Of a DNA stretch of 64,000 nt, positions 7,939 through 16,189 are shown piece after piece. The notes under the pieces are model-generated. The model had not been told where the DNA came from. It saw nothing but the letters and a program-made list of their open reading frames with translations, and did no database searches. Position numbers and translations under genes: made by a program. This stretch comes from Candidatus Sungiibacteriota bacterium. GTDB lineage: Bacteria > Patescibacteriota > Minisyncoccia > Sungbacterales > SURF-37. The stretch is taken from assembly GCA_016186145.1 (NCBI GenBank), contig JACPMF010000007.1, forward strand, positions 19,302 to 83,301, given 5' to 3'. Each line of letters starts with the position of its first letter. The first letter of the stretch is position 1.

Positions 7939-9324
7939 CTATTGCAACCGTTCCGCGAAATAACTTTCCAAATCTTTCGCCGCAACTCTTTCTTGTTTCA
8001 TGCTGTCCCGATCCCGCACCGTAACTGTTTCGTCTTCCAGCGTCTGAAAATCAACAGTCACACACCACGGCGTCCCTATCTCATCCTGGCTGTAGTAGCG
8101 TTTACCGATATTCCCGCGGTCGTCCCACATCACCTGAACTTGGAATTTACCTGCCCGCCGGCCAGGCAGGGAACTTGGAGCTTTGAAAAGCTGATATATC
8201 TGGCGCGCTTTCTCAACCAACTGCGGCTTATTGGCAAGCAATGGAAACACGGCAACTTTGTACGGCGCGAGCCGCGGATGTAATTTTAGAACCACCCTGC
8301 CTTCTTCTTCATGATATGCATCAAGCAGAAAATACAACAACGGACGCTCGACGCCGCAGGAGGTTTCAATCACCCACGGAATGAAACGATCTTTTACCTC
8401 CGGATCAAAATACGAAAGATCCTCGCCGCTGAATTTTGCATGTTGTGACAAGTCCCAATTACCCCGATTATGAATTCCCTCAGCCTCTTTCCACCCAAAC
8501 GGCGTTTCGTATTCGATGTCCCAGGCCGAACGCGCATAGTGCGCCCGTTCATCCGGCGCGTGCTCCCGAAAACGAAGTCTATCCTTATTCAAGCCGAGCC
8601 CAATATACCATTTCATTCTTTCCTCTTTCCAAAATTCAAAAACTTCCGCCGCCGCTTTCTCTTCCGGACGCACGTAATACTGCAATTCCATTTGCTCAAA
8701 TTCGCGGAGCCGATAGGTAAAGTTCCCTGGCGTAATTTCGTTCCTGAAGGCTTTTCCAATCTGGGCAACGCCGAATGGAATTTTCGGATGCATGGAGTCG
8801 AGGATATTCTTAAAATTCACATGAACGCCTTGCGTTATCTCCCCGCGGAGATACACGGTTGATTTAGATTCTTCAACCGCGCCAAGCCTTGCTTCAACAA
8901 GAAGATTGAACTTCCGCGGCTCAGTCCAATCAACTTTCTCTTTCTTTGCTTTATGCCCCTCCCCGTGCGCCCTTATCTCTTCGTCAAAGTCGGCGCGGAT
9001 TCTTTCGTGGCATGTTTTGCATTCAACCAAAGGGTCGGTGAAAGAAGCGGTGTGTCCCGAAGCCTCCCATACTTTGGGGCTCATCAGGATCGAGGCGTTT
9101 ATCCCGAAAACATTTTCGCGGCGCAACACCATGTACTCCCACCACTGCTGTTTGAAATTAAATTTCAACTCCGCACCCAACGGGCCATAATCCCATGTTC
9201 CGGAAAGCCCGCCGTAAATCTCGGATCCGGGATAAATAAATCCGCGCCGCTTTGCAAGGGAGACAATTTTATCCATCAGCGATTGAGTTTCCTCTTTCAT
9301 CTTTTTCTTTTTAGTCTGAACCAA
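7939..9324 (-). CDS. glyQS: glycyl-tRNA synthetase (dimeric GlyQS type)
   Basis: N-terminus ...MDKIVSLAKRRGFIYPGSEIYGGLSGTWDYGPLG... with class II motifs. The track start is a TTG. ATG at 9300 (MKEETQSL...) is more likely. Contains an in-frame palindromic insertion (APSSLPGRRAGKFQ). Confidence 0.9.
   Translation of the reverse strand: MVQTKKKKMKEETQSLMDKIVSLAKRRGFIYPGSEIYGGLSGTWDYGPLGAELKFNFKQQWWEYMVLRRENVFGINASILMSPKVWEASGHTASFTDPLVECKTCHERIRADFDEEIRAHGEGHKAKKEKVDWTEPRKFNLLVEARLGAVEESKSTVYLRGEITQGVHVNFKNILDSMHPKIPFGVAQIGKAFRNEITPGNFTYRLREFEQMELQYYVRPEEKAAAEVFEFWKEERMKWYIGLGLNKDRLRFREHAPDERAHYARSAWDIEYETPFGWKEAEGIHNRGNWDLSQHAKFSGEDLSYFDPEVKDRFIPWVIETSCGVERPLLYFLLDAYHEEEGRVVLKLHPRLAPYKVAVFPLLANKPQLVEKARQIYQLFKAPSSLPGRRAGKFQVQVMWDDRGNIGKRYYSQDEIGTPWCVTVDFQTLEDETVTVRDRDSMKQERVAAKDLESYFAERLQ
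8136..8178. repeat. in-frame GC-rich palindromic insertion element inside glyS (family also in the femAB-family, Mur ligase and tatD genes)
   Basis: GAACTTGG-AATTTAC-CTGCCCGCCGGCCAGGCAGG-GAACTTGG: hairpin CCTGCCCG/CAGGCAGG flanked by a direct GAACTTGG repeat. Near-identical core to 28583..28610. Confidence 0.5.
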
Positions 9325-9573
9325 ACGCGCGGTCGAGGCAATTTCTTACCAACGATTTTTAATTCCGCCAATCCCGCCGTACGGCAACTCTGTAGCCCCG
9401 ACAGGCTTGGTCTTTCGCGAAGCGAAAGCTGTCGGGGCGAAAGCGTAGCGAGGGCGAGCCGCTGGAGTCCAGACGCGAGAGCCCTCCGCGAAACTCGCCG
9501 CAGGCGAGTGAGTCGGAGGCTCCCGTCTCCGAGCCGGAGCGGTGCCGTTAGGCGGGATGGGCGGAATAATGCG
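9325..9573 (-). other. GC-rich (~65%) highly structured intergenic region immediately upstream of glyQS; candidate leader/ncRNA
   Basis: Nested hairpins: GCCCCGACAG...CTGTCGGGGC enclosing CTTTCGCGAAGCGAAAG, plus GAGGGC...GCCCTC and CTGGAGTCCAG. No credible ORF. The track's 272-aa + strand ORF spanning it overlaps glyS antisense and is rejected. Confidence 0.3.
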
Positions 9574-11469
9574 CTACGGTACTACCCTCCACTGGGTGCT
9601 GTCCCGAACCGTATCTTGCTGAAGTTCAATGGTAACATTTCCAACAGTAACCTTGAGCGGCTCTTTCGTAAAGTCGTCAACCCCTTCCGCGCGCACTCCG
9701 GAGACAAGAACCGGGGAAAGGCCGATTTGATCTTCGCCCGGGATAAGAGAAACGCGAAACGCAAGAGTTAATTGCGGCCGTAAAATTCCGGCGCCTGCGG
9801 CAAGACGCGGAACATTCCAGACAACCTCATTGGACGCGGCATTAAAAACTGCGGAACCCGCCACTTCGCCTACGGTTCCGAGCCAACGGACGTTTGCCGG
9901 AAGCCCCCCTCTAACTTCAAGGTTCACCGCATCGTTGGTTTGATTCGCAAGCTGCCAGAAAACCGTATAGGTCGTCTCTTCCCGCACTTTCGGCGGCAAC
10001 GGACCGGAGTTCTGGACCGAAGAGTCAAAATATGCCGCGTGCCCCTTCAGAGTAAGCATGGTGCCGATTTTAAAATCAAGCTTATCCTCATATCGAAGCT
10101 TTATGCCGCGAAACTCTTCCGGTACAACAGAAAGATCAATGATGCCGAGGGAACTTAATGTAAAATTTCTGTCCGAAGAGCTCCTCAAAGGCGGCGAGGG
10201 CCGGAGTATTACCGAAAAATTCAAAACACCTTCCTGCCCCGGGTTGACCCTTTTCAATTCGGGACGGGTTGCCCCGGCCCAACGAATTTCGTGATTCAAG
10301 GGATCGTAAACGCCATTATCAATTCGCAATGTCGTTAAATTAACGAGCCCTTCGGAAAGACGCACGGCAACAGTCATACCGTCGATCGGTTTAGAAAGAT
10401 TATTTTTATAGGACAAGGCGAAATTAAGAAGTTCTCCGCCGACAAAGGTCCCGCTCCTTCGGCTATTTACGGTCTGCCGCAAAAAAAGAAACGGGGAAGC
10501 AATTTTGGGTCCGCGCGACTCTTCAAGAAGAGTAAACCATTCGCGCGTCTCGGAACGATATTGCCCCAATGACGCATTGAATGATTTTGTTTCTTCCGGC
10601 TCGCCGCGAAGCATGCCCTTAACAATTATTTTTTTTGAAGTACCGCGCCCAAAATCTCCAAGAGCCCAAATGTTATTCTCAAAGTCCGGCTTCGGATCTG
10701 CAGAAGTAAATTCAAATCCTTCCGGATAGTCGACACGGAGCGCAAGTCCGCTGACGACAGATACCGCCTCGCTATCAACCAAAAACTCCATAGAAACGTC
10801 CTGCGCGGAGGATATTTCTTCAGGACCCGATACGGTAACAGCGAACGGAACACGCGAAATCCGAAACATCCGAGAGGCCCTCTTGGTAAAACGGCTTTCA
10901 AGATTTCCCGGCTGGTATATTGCAAGAACAACCAATTCGGCTTCATTGCCGATCTTGCCCAAACTTTTGAACGCAATGTCATGTTTCACCTCTTCATTCG
11001 GGGCTATCTTTTCAAAAGTAACCTGCTCGCGGCTTCCCGGTTTCGCCTCGCCAGTCGGAGGAAACAACACGACCGTGTGATCCGGATAATTGATCGTGAG
11101 CTCTACATTTTTAAGTTCGGATCTACCGGTGTTCTTCACAAAAATAGAAAAATCAGCCCGCTCGCCCGCCACAACGCCATCAGGCCCGGCGATAACAATT
11201 GCAACTTCTTCCCTGACAAAAAAGACCTGATACCCCACATACAAAACAACGCCCGCAAGAACCACAAATGAAAAAATAAAAACATTCAAAAACCACCGGC
11301 CCCGCTTCGGCGCCGAGGGAGCCTTCTCTCCACGCAGAGACCTGTCTGTCCAAAATGTCTTGGCTCCATCTCCCCTCTTTTGCGAACGGAAACGCTCTCT
11401 TTCAATCAACCTTTTCTCCGGCTCTTCCCGGCCGTATAGCTTTTGGCGAAGTTCTTCAAGTGATGGCAT
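9574..11469 (-). CDS. large membrane-anchored hypothetical protein, N-terminal TM plus ~550-aa extracytoplasmic region
   Basis: 631 aa. Cytoplasmic K/R/E-rich N-terminus, one TM (WFLNVFIFSFVVLAGVVLYVGY), then beta-rich repeats resembling DUF11/CARDB-like surface domains. Confidence 0.6.
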   Translation of the reverse strand: MPSLEELRQKLYGREEPEKRLIERERFRSQKRGDGAKTFWTDRSLRGEKAPSAPKRGRWFLNVFIFSFVVLAGVVLYVGYQVFFVREEVAIVIAGPDGVVAGERADFSIFVKNTGRSELKNVELTINYPDHTVVLFPPTGEAKPGSREQVTFEKIAPNEEVKHDIAFKSLGKIGNEAELVVLAIYQPGNLESRFTKRASRMFRISRVPFAVTVSGPEEISSAQDVSMEFLVDSEAVSVVSGLALRVDYPEGFEFTSADPKPDFENNIWALGDFGRGTSKKIIVKGMLRGEPEETKSFNASLGQYRSETREWFTLLEESRGPKIASPFLFLRQTVNSRRSGTFVGGELLNFALSYKNNLSKPIDGMTVAVRLSEGLVNLTTLRIDNGVYDPLNHEIRWAGATRPELKRVNPGQEGVLNFSVILRPSPPLRSSSDRNFTLSSLGIIDLSVVPEEFRGIKLRYEDKLDFKIGTMLTLKGHAAYFDSSVQNSGPLPPKVREETTYTVFWQLANQTNDAVNLEVRGGLPANVRWLGTVGEVAGSAVFNAASNEVVWNVPRLAAGAGILRPQLTLAFRVSLIPGEDQIGLSPVLVSGVRAEGVDDFTKEPLKVTVGNVTIELQQDTVRDSTQWRVVP

Positions 11470-11520
11470 AAATAAAACTGGTTGCTGATTACTAGAGGCT
11501 ATCTCAAAAACACTTTTTCT

Positions 11521-11618
11521 GCGTCTTTCCGCGCAGCATTCTGCATTTATCCGCGGAGCCTCCGCGGAATAACACGGATTGCAACGCGGATTTATGCGGA
11601 AATTGAATTTTGAAATGA
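11521..11618. repeat. intergenic repeat family R2, copy A (palindromic TCCGCGGA units; copy B at 37811..37910)
   Basis: ...ATCCGCGGAGCCTCCGCGGAATAACACGGATTGCAACGCGGATTTATGCGGAAATTGAATTTTGAAAT... aligns at about 80% identity with 37841..37910 in the same orientation. Confidence 0.5.
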
Positions 11619-11857
11619 GTTCCAGTTACTATTATAACACGGCCCATGGCAATGAATAACCGCACCGCACTTCGAGTGGTGACCTCAGTGGAACCAAGCG
11701 GTGCGGTATCTATGCAACGCTTGGCCTACTCCGCCGTAGTAGCTACGGCTACGAAGGCTGGACGGTACTGGCGGTTATTGTTTCGTCGCCGCAATTCACC
11801 CCACACATAACAAGTTATGTGTGGGGTATTCTTGCGGACGAAACAATAAACCTTGTG

Positions 11858-11885
11858 TTGCGGTTGCCAAAAAGTAGTGTATAAT
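11858..11885 (+). promoter_or_regulatory. sigma70-like promoter (-35 TTGCGG, 16-nt spacer, -10 TATAAT) for the 11929 gene
   Basis: Perfect TATAAT at 11880..11885, 43 nt upstream of the ATG. -35-like TTGCGG with a 16-nt spacer. Confidence 0.4.
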
Positions 11886-11928
11886 GAAGAACAACCAAGA
11901 TTACAAAGCATAAAAACCATAAAAAATT

Positions 11929-13968
11929 ATGGAACGAGCGCCAAGGCCACAATTCGAAAAAGACGACAACAAAGAAGTCTCTCAAGCATGGGAGGCAGGA
12001 CTTAAACGAAGGGGTATTGAGCCGCCCGCCGAGCGTGAGCTGGCAAAACAAGAAGAGAAAGGAGACCTCAAGAGCCGCTACGATATTGCAACAGAACGGG
12101 TTGCAAGAATTCCAGAAAGACCCATAGAAACTGACGAACACGGACAGATGCTGGAGCAGGATGCTGAAATAGAAGTGCCATCGGCAGAGCCGGGGTTGCT
12201 TATCGAAAAACCCTCAACACGGATAGAGCAAGGGCGATTTTCAATCAAAGACCGCCTTGACGTTCTTCGGGGAAAAGGAATGGGACGGCTTGCGCAAGTT
12301 GCGGCACTCAGCGCGCTTGCACTTCTTAGCTCAGGAGTCAAACCGCCTGAAACCCGCGGAGCTCCAGCCGGCGGACAAGGAATAAGTGCGCCAAAAGATG
12401 CAATACCCATGAGAGAGTCCGGAAAGGAAACTGAATCGCGCGCTACCAAGTGGCCGGGGTGGGTTGGCAGAATGTTTGAGGTAGACAAAAAAGGAGAGAT
12501 ACATTTCAACCCCTGGGTTATCCTTGCTCCGGTACAATTTGTGTGGAAAGGGGAAATGAAACATGCAAACGAAAAAACTTTTGCGCCTCCTTACGAATAT
12601 GCCAGGCAATTTGAGGCAGATGCGGCCGCCAAACGCCCGCTACGACCGGAAGATCACAAGAAAATTACCAATTATGTGGGTCAACAGCTAAATCGGAGAT
12701 TTGTCGACACCATAGGCACCCTGGGTGAAGGCGTTGACCGCTTTAACTACGGAGCGCCAAAAGAAAACCAGGGAGAAATCACCTCAATTCAAATAACGGG
12801 GTTTGCCTCTCCCGAAGGCCCAAGAAGCAAAGGGCCAAGCACGCTTGCGCCCGGTAAAGTTGACCAAGAAAACTTGCGCCTTGCAAAAGCAAGAGCCGAG
12901 GCGGCCTTGGGCTACACCAAGGCCGACCTTGCGAAGGTTTCAGAAGCGACCGGAATAAATATAGCTGTCCTTGAAAAAACACTACAGAACGTTAAAGCGG
13001 AGGAGGTTCAATTTTCGGATGCCGAGCTTAAAGAACTTGCGAAACTTGCCGCAGGCCACAAGGGCGCAGACGATCTTGAAAAAATCTTCAACCTTGTTGC
13101 TGACTACAATGACGATTCTGAACAAAAAGACCCAAGTAAAAAGAAAATAAAAGACGCCAAAACAGTTAGCCGCCTGCATGATATTGTCGGTTCAAAAAGA
13201 AAAGCGGAAATCCAAGTAACGTACGACGGAAAAAATGTCGAGCGCCATTCTATCCCCATTCCCTGGCTTCCGCTTTTGCTGCTCGTACCGCTTATGCGTC
13301 GCCGACGCGGAGAACCAACGCCCGAACCGCCCGTTACTCCTGAAAGCGGCGAGCCAGATTTGCACGACCGTTACCCGTTTTTAGGGAAACGCCCCGTAGA
13401 AAAGGAGTCGGAAGAAACAAAAATCGCGCCCGAAGAGGAAAAAACTCTCCCGCCAAGCGCCCAAAATATAGAACGCGCCCGCCTTCTGGAACAAATTCAC
13501 AAAGACGTAACAAGCACCCGCCTTCCGGAGAGGGGCACAAAGGAATTCGAAGAAATGGAAGAAGCAACTTATACTGACGACCTCTACCAGTTCTTCGACG
13601 ACCCCGAAAGCATCCGGCTTGGTATTGACTACCGCGCAATGGCGGATGATCTCGACCAAAAATGGGATATTTTCAAAACATCGGACGAACGAGAAAACTA
13701 TCTCGCAAACGAAATTCTTAACGCATGGAAAAAGAAAGACCGCCTCTGCCGAGTTGAAGCCGGAGTTTCGGAAGACAGTCTTGATAACGGGCTTGATTAC
13801 GAGAATCAGCCGCGCCAAATCCAATGGGCCAAAATGCATGCGCGATCTCTTCTCCGAGTGATTGACAAAAGAAAAGAATTTAGCGAAAGCGAACGAAAAC
13901 GAATTGATTACCTCGACCTCCTCTCCCCTCAAGTGAAAAAGATGATCCAACGGAGAGGCCGCCGATAA
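11929..13968 (+). CDS. large hypothetical protein, acidic/low-complexity, with an internal hydrophobic segment followed by RRRR
   Basis: 679 aa. PIPWLPLLLLVPLMRRRRGE around residue 440 resembles a PEP-CTERM-like sorting anchor but is internal. ...IQITGFASPEGPRSKG...ENLRLAKARAEAAL... is weakly OmpA-C-like. Confidence 0.55.
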   Translation: MERAPRPQFEKDDNKEVSQAWEAGLKRRGIEPPAERELAKQEEKGDLKSRYDIATERVARIPERPIETDEHGQMLEQDAEIEVPSAEPGLLIEKPSTRIEQGRFSIKDRLDVLRGKGMGRLAQVAALSALALLSSGVKPPETRGAPAGGQGISAPKDAIPMRESGKETESRATKWPGWVGRMFEVDKKGEIHFNPWVILAPVQFVWKGEMKHANEKTFAPPYEYARQFEADAAAKRPLRPEDHKKITNYVGQQLNRRFVDTIGTLGEGVDRFNYGAPKENQGEITSIQITGFASPEGPRSKGPSTLAPGKVDQENLRLAKARAEAALGYTKADLAKVSEATGINIAVLEKTLQNVKAEEVQFSDAELKELAKLAAGHKGADDLEKIFNLVADYNDDSEQKDPSKKKIKDAKTVSRLHDIVGSKRKAEIQVTYDGKNVERHSIPIPWLPLLLLVPLMRRRRGEPTPEPPVTPESGEPDLHDRYPFLGKRPVEKESEETKIAPEEEKTLPPSAQNIERARLLEQIHKDVTSTRLPERGTKEFEEMEEATYTDDLYQFFDDPESIRLGIDYRAMADDLDQKWDIFKTSDERENYLANEILNAWKKKDRLCRVEAGVSEDSLDNGLDYENQPRQIQWAKMHARSLLRVIDKRKEFSESERKRIDYLDLLSPQVKKMIQRRGRR

Positions 13969-13972
13969 CTTT

Positions 13973-14006
13973 AAAACCATCCCGCAGGAAGCGGGATGGT
14001 TTTTTA
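13973..14006. terminator. bidirectional rho-independent terminator
   Basis: AAACCATCCCGCAGGAAGCGGGATGGTTTTTT: 9-bp GC stem with A/T runs on both sides, between convergent genes. Confidence 0.7.
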
Positions 14007-15224
14007 TTAAACCCGCAACAACGGCTGAGCCACCCTAAGCGGAACGAGCGCGGTAACCAATGTCAAGAAAAGAAGGAACCCTCCGAGCACCGAAAACGCG
14101 GCTCCGAATCCGAAATAATACGCAACAACTCCGCCAATAAGCGGCCCCACGAAATAGCCAAGACTCTCCCCGAACATTTTAATTCCGGATACGTATTCTT
14201 TTTTGTGGTGCGAAGAAAGCCGGTCAAACATAGTAAAAATTGCGGGGAGAATAAGGGCGTCCCCCACGCCGGAAACCAAACCGAGGACCAGCAGTAAAGC
14301 CGGACTTGCCGTAAGCGAAAAACCGAACGCAGAAAGCGCATGCAAAAGTAGTCCGGCAACAGTAATCCCTTTTGCGCTTTTCCTGTCGAGATACCTACCG
14401 ACAATTAAACTCATAAAGAATATTGGTAAGGTAAAGCCCGCGTATATCAGGCCGATTTGAAATTCCTCAAGCCCCAAACCCTTCGTGTACAACGGCTCGG
14501 CAATGGCGATAAACCCCCAATGAAGCGCGAAAACAAAAAAGATAAAGGCAACAAACACTCCTTCAAACCCAAGACGGGCAAACTCGGAAAACCCAGTCTT
14601 AAAAAACTTATCCCGCGTTACGAGATCAAGAAGGGACCGACGAAAACCCTCGTGATTTTTTTCCATCGGCAAAGACACATATGACAAGACCATCATACAA
14701 AGAGAAACGGCAAATGTTATCAAAAATGCGTACTCGAGTTGTACGCCAATAACGACGCCGGCGGCTATCGGCCCAATAGAAAAACCAAGGTTGTGAAACC
14801 CTTCGAGAAACGAGTTGAAGCGGCCGGTGCTTCCGGCAGGAGTCAGGGCCGTTTCTTCAGCATCCCCGGGAATAATAAATGACTGGGTTGCGATTTCATA
14901 AAAAACAAGGGCTGCAACAAAAAAGAACGGGTTTCTCAAGGCGATGAAGGCAAGAGACGAAATCGCAAGCATGGCTCCCGAATAAAAAATAGTTTTGCGG
15001 CGGCCGAACCGTTTTGCAAACTCCCCGACCGGAACATCAATAACGGTTCCAAGAATCTCAGGAAGTGCAAAAACCACCCCAAGCACGGCGAGATTAACAA
15101 AAATGCTTTCCGCAAGTATCGGCAGTGTCAGGGAAAATGTTCCATAGACAATGCCAAAAAGAAACTCAAGCGCCACAAGCGCCCACAATCGCCTTTTTAT
15201 CGGCCGTCCGTGTAAATGCCGCAT
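14007..15224 (-). CDS. MFS transporter
   Basis: 405 aa, about 12 predicted TM segments, MFS-like two-fold repeat architecture. Confidence 0.75.
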   Translation of the reverse strand: MRHLHGRPIKRRLWALVALEFLFGIVYGTFSLTLPILAESIFVNLAVLGVVFALPEILGTVIDVPVGEFAKRFGRRKTIFYSGAMLAISSLAFIALRNPFFFVAALVFYEIATQSFIIPGDAEETALTPAGSTGRFNSFLEGFHNLGFSIGPIAAGVVIGVQLEYAFLITFAVSLCMMVLSYVSLPMEKNHEGFRRSLLDLVTRDKFFKTGFSEFARLGFEGVFVAFIFFVFALHWGFIAIAEPLYTKGLGLEEFQIGLIYAGFTLPIFFMSLIVGRYLDRKSAKGITVAGLLLHALSAFGFSLTASPALLLVLGLVSGVGDALILPAIFTMFDRLSSHHKKEYVSGIKMFGESLGYFVGPLIGGVVAYYFGFGAAFSVLGGFLLFLTLVTALVPLRVAQPLLRV

Positions 15225-15264
15225 AACAAAAGATCACCTTGAGATACTTCAACCCCAGCGAATT

Positions 15265-15660
15265 ATTCAACAATTTTCATACCCTCCATAGCGAGCTATC
15301 CCTAAAATTTTCTATTATGATTATGGAAGCGTGACTACATAGTATAACAACCGCTCGAGCATTCCAAACCTTTTCATCTTAATCCGAGCGAGCCATATGC
15401 CATAATTTTTCATTACGGAGATGCAACTACAAATCGACGAGGAGGGTTGAAATAAAATAACAAAAATTTGTTTTAATCACCCCAGCCAAAGCGAGGTATT
15501 GAGAAAATTTTTCATTGCGAAGGCATGAGTACAAATTAACGAGCGGGCAAAACAAAATAACGAAAATTTGCTTACTTCAAATTTTCGTTACTCATTTTGT
15601 GCAGTCCGCGAGACAAATTTGTTCATGCCGCAGCCTGAAAAATTTTCTCAATACCGAGCA
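15265..15660. repeat. degenerate direct repeats (about five copies of TTTTCATn(14-25)CGAGC units) in a 435-bp intergenic region
   Basis: Units start at about 15274, 15376, 15405, 15505 and 15580. Inverted copies GAGGTATTGAGAAAATTTTT (15494..15513) and AAAAATTTTCTCAATACCGAGC (15639..15660) are also present. On the minus strand each unit begins ATGAAAA, giving tiny ORFs of 12-30 codons. Confidence 0.45.
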
Positions 15661-16155
15661 TCAAGTATGCTTATCCGCCACCACCGACGCCCCAAACGCA
15701 TTCGGCTTTATCACGGGCTGAAACCCGAAACCCCTGACCATCCCCACCACGCGATCAATCAAATCTTTCGTCGGTCCATTCTCCCCGACATCAATATGGA
15801 TTGTAATCTTTTCGTCCCAAAGCGCATCATCGCCGAGCCGCTCCCGAAGCCTGCCGCGAAGCTCCTGCGCAAGGGTAACTGATCGTATCGTCTCCTCATA
15901 AATACGGTCCTGCAAAGTATGAAAAATCTTTTTCTCGCCGTTAAACCAAAAGTGGATCCCGCCGTTGCCAATGCGCCAAACGGTTACTGCGCTCACGACA
16001 CTCACAGGATTTGTGGAAGAAGAATCGGAACCAATAATAATTTGATACGCCCTGTCTTTCTTTGCGTTTATGTATAAGCCGATTTCGTCTATCATCCCGT
16101 CAAGCGTAAGGTCTCCTTTTGTCCAACTGTGGAATATGGCTTCTTTATTATCCAT
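15661..16155 (-). CDS. YkuK/DUF458-family RNase H-like protein
   Basis: 164 aa. ...YQIIIGSDSSS... resembles the DUF458 (YkuK) signature. Downstream member of a likely three-gene operon. Confidence 0.5.
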   Translation of the reverse strand: MDNKEAIFHSWTKGDLTLDGMIDEIGLYINAKKDRAYQIIIGSDSSSTNPVSVVSAVTVWRIGNGGIHFWFNGEKKIFHTLQDRIYEETIRSVTLAQELRGRLRERLGDDALWDEKITIHIDVGENGPTKDLIDRVVGMVRGFGFQPVIKPNAFGASVVADKHT

Positions 16156-16189
16156 ACTTGTGACTAAACCCTAATGGCTAGTGGCTATT

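Noticed and set aside
9325-9573. T-box riboswitch upstream of glyQS
   Set aside because: I could not find the conserved T-box sequence (AGGGUGGNACCGCG) or a GGC specifier loop in the expected context. It is kept only as an unclassified structured leader.
8953-9771. 272-aa + strand ORF spanning the glyS-upstream GC-rich region
   Set aside because: Lies antisense to the glyS N-terminus and to the 3' end of the upstream gene, in a GC-rich structured region. The sequence is low complexity (R/S/P-rich). It is treated as a spurious ORF created by GC richness.
12078-12509. 143-aa minus-strand ORF inside the 11929..13968 gene
   Set aside because: Antisense to a longer ORF that has a near-consensus promoter. 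No independent signals.
15265-15660. Possible CRISPR array in the repeat-rich spacer
   Set aside because: Units are degenerate, of unequal length and irregular spacing, with no unique spacers of constant size and no cas genes in the window.
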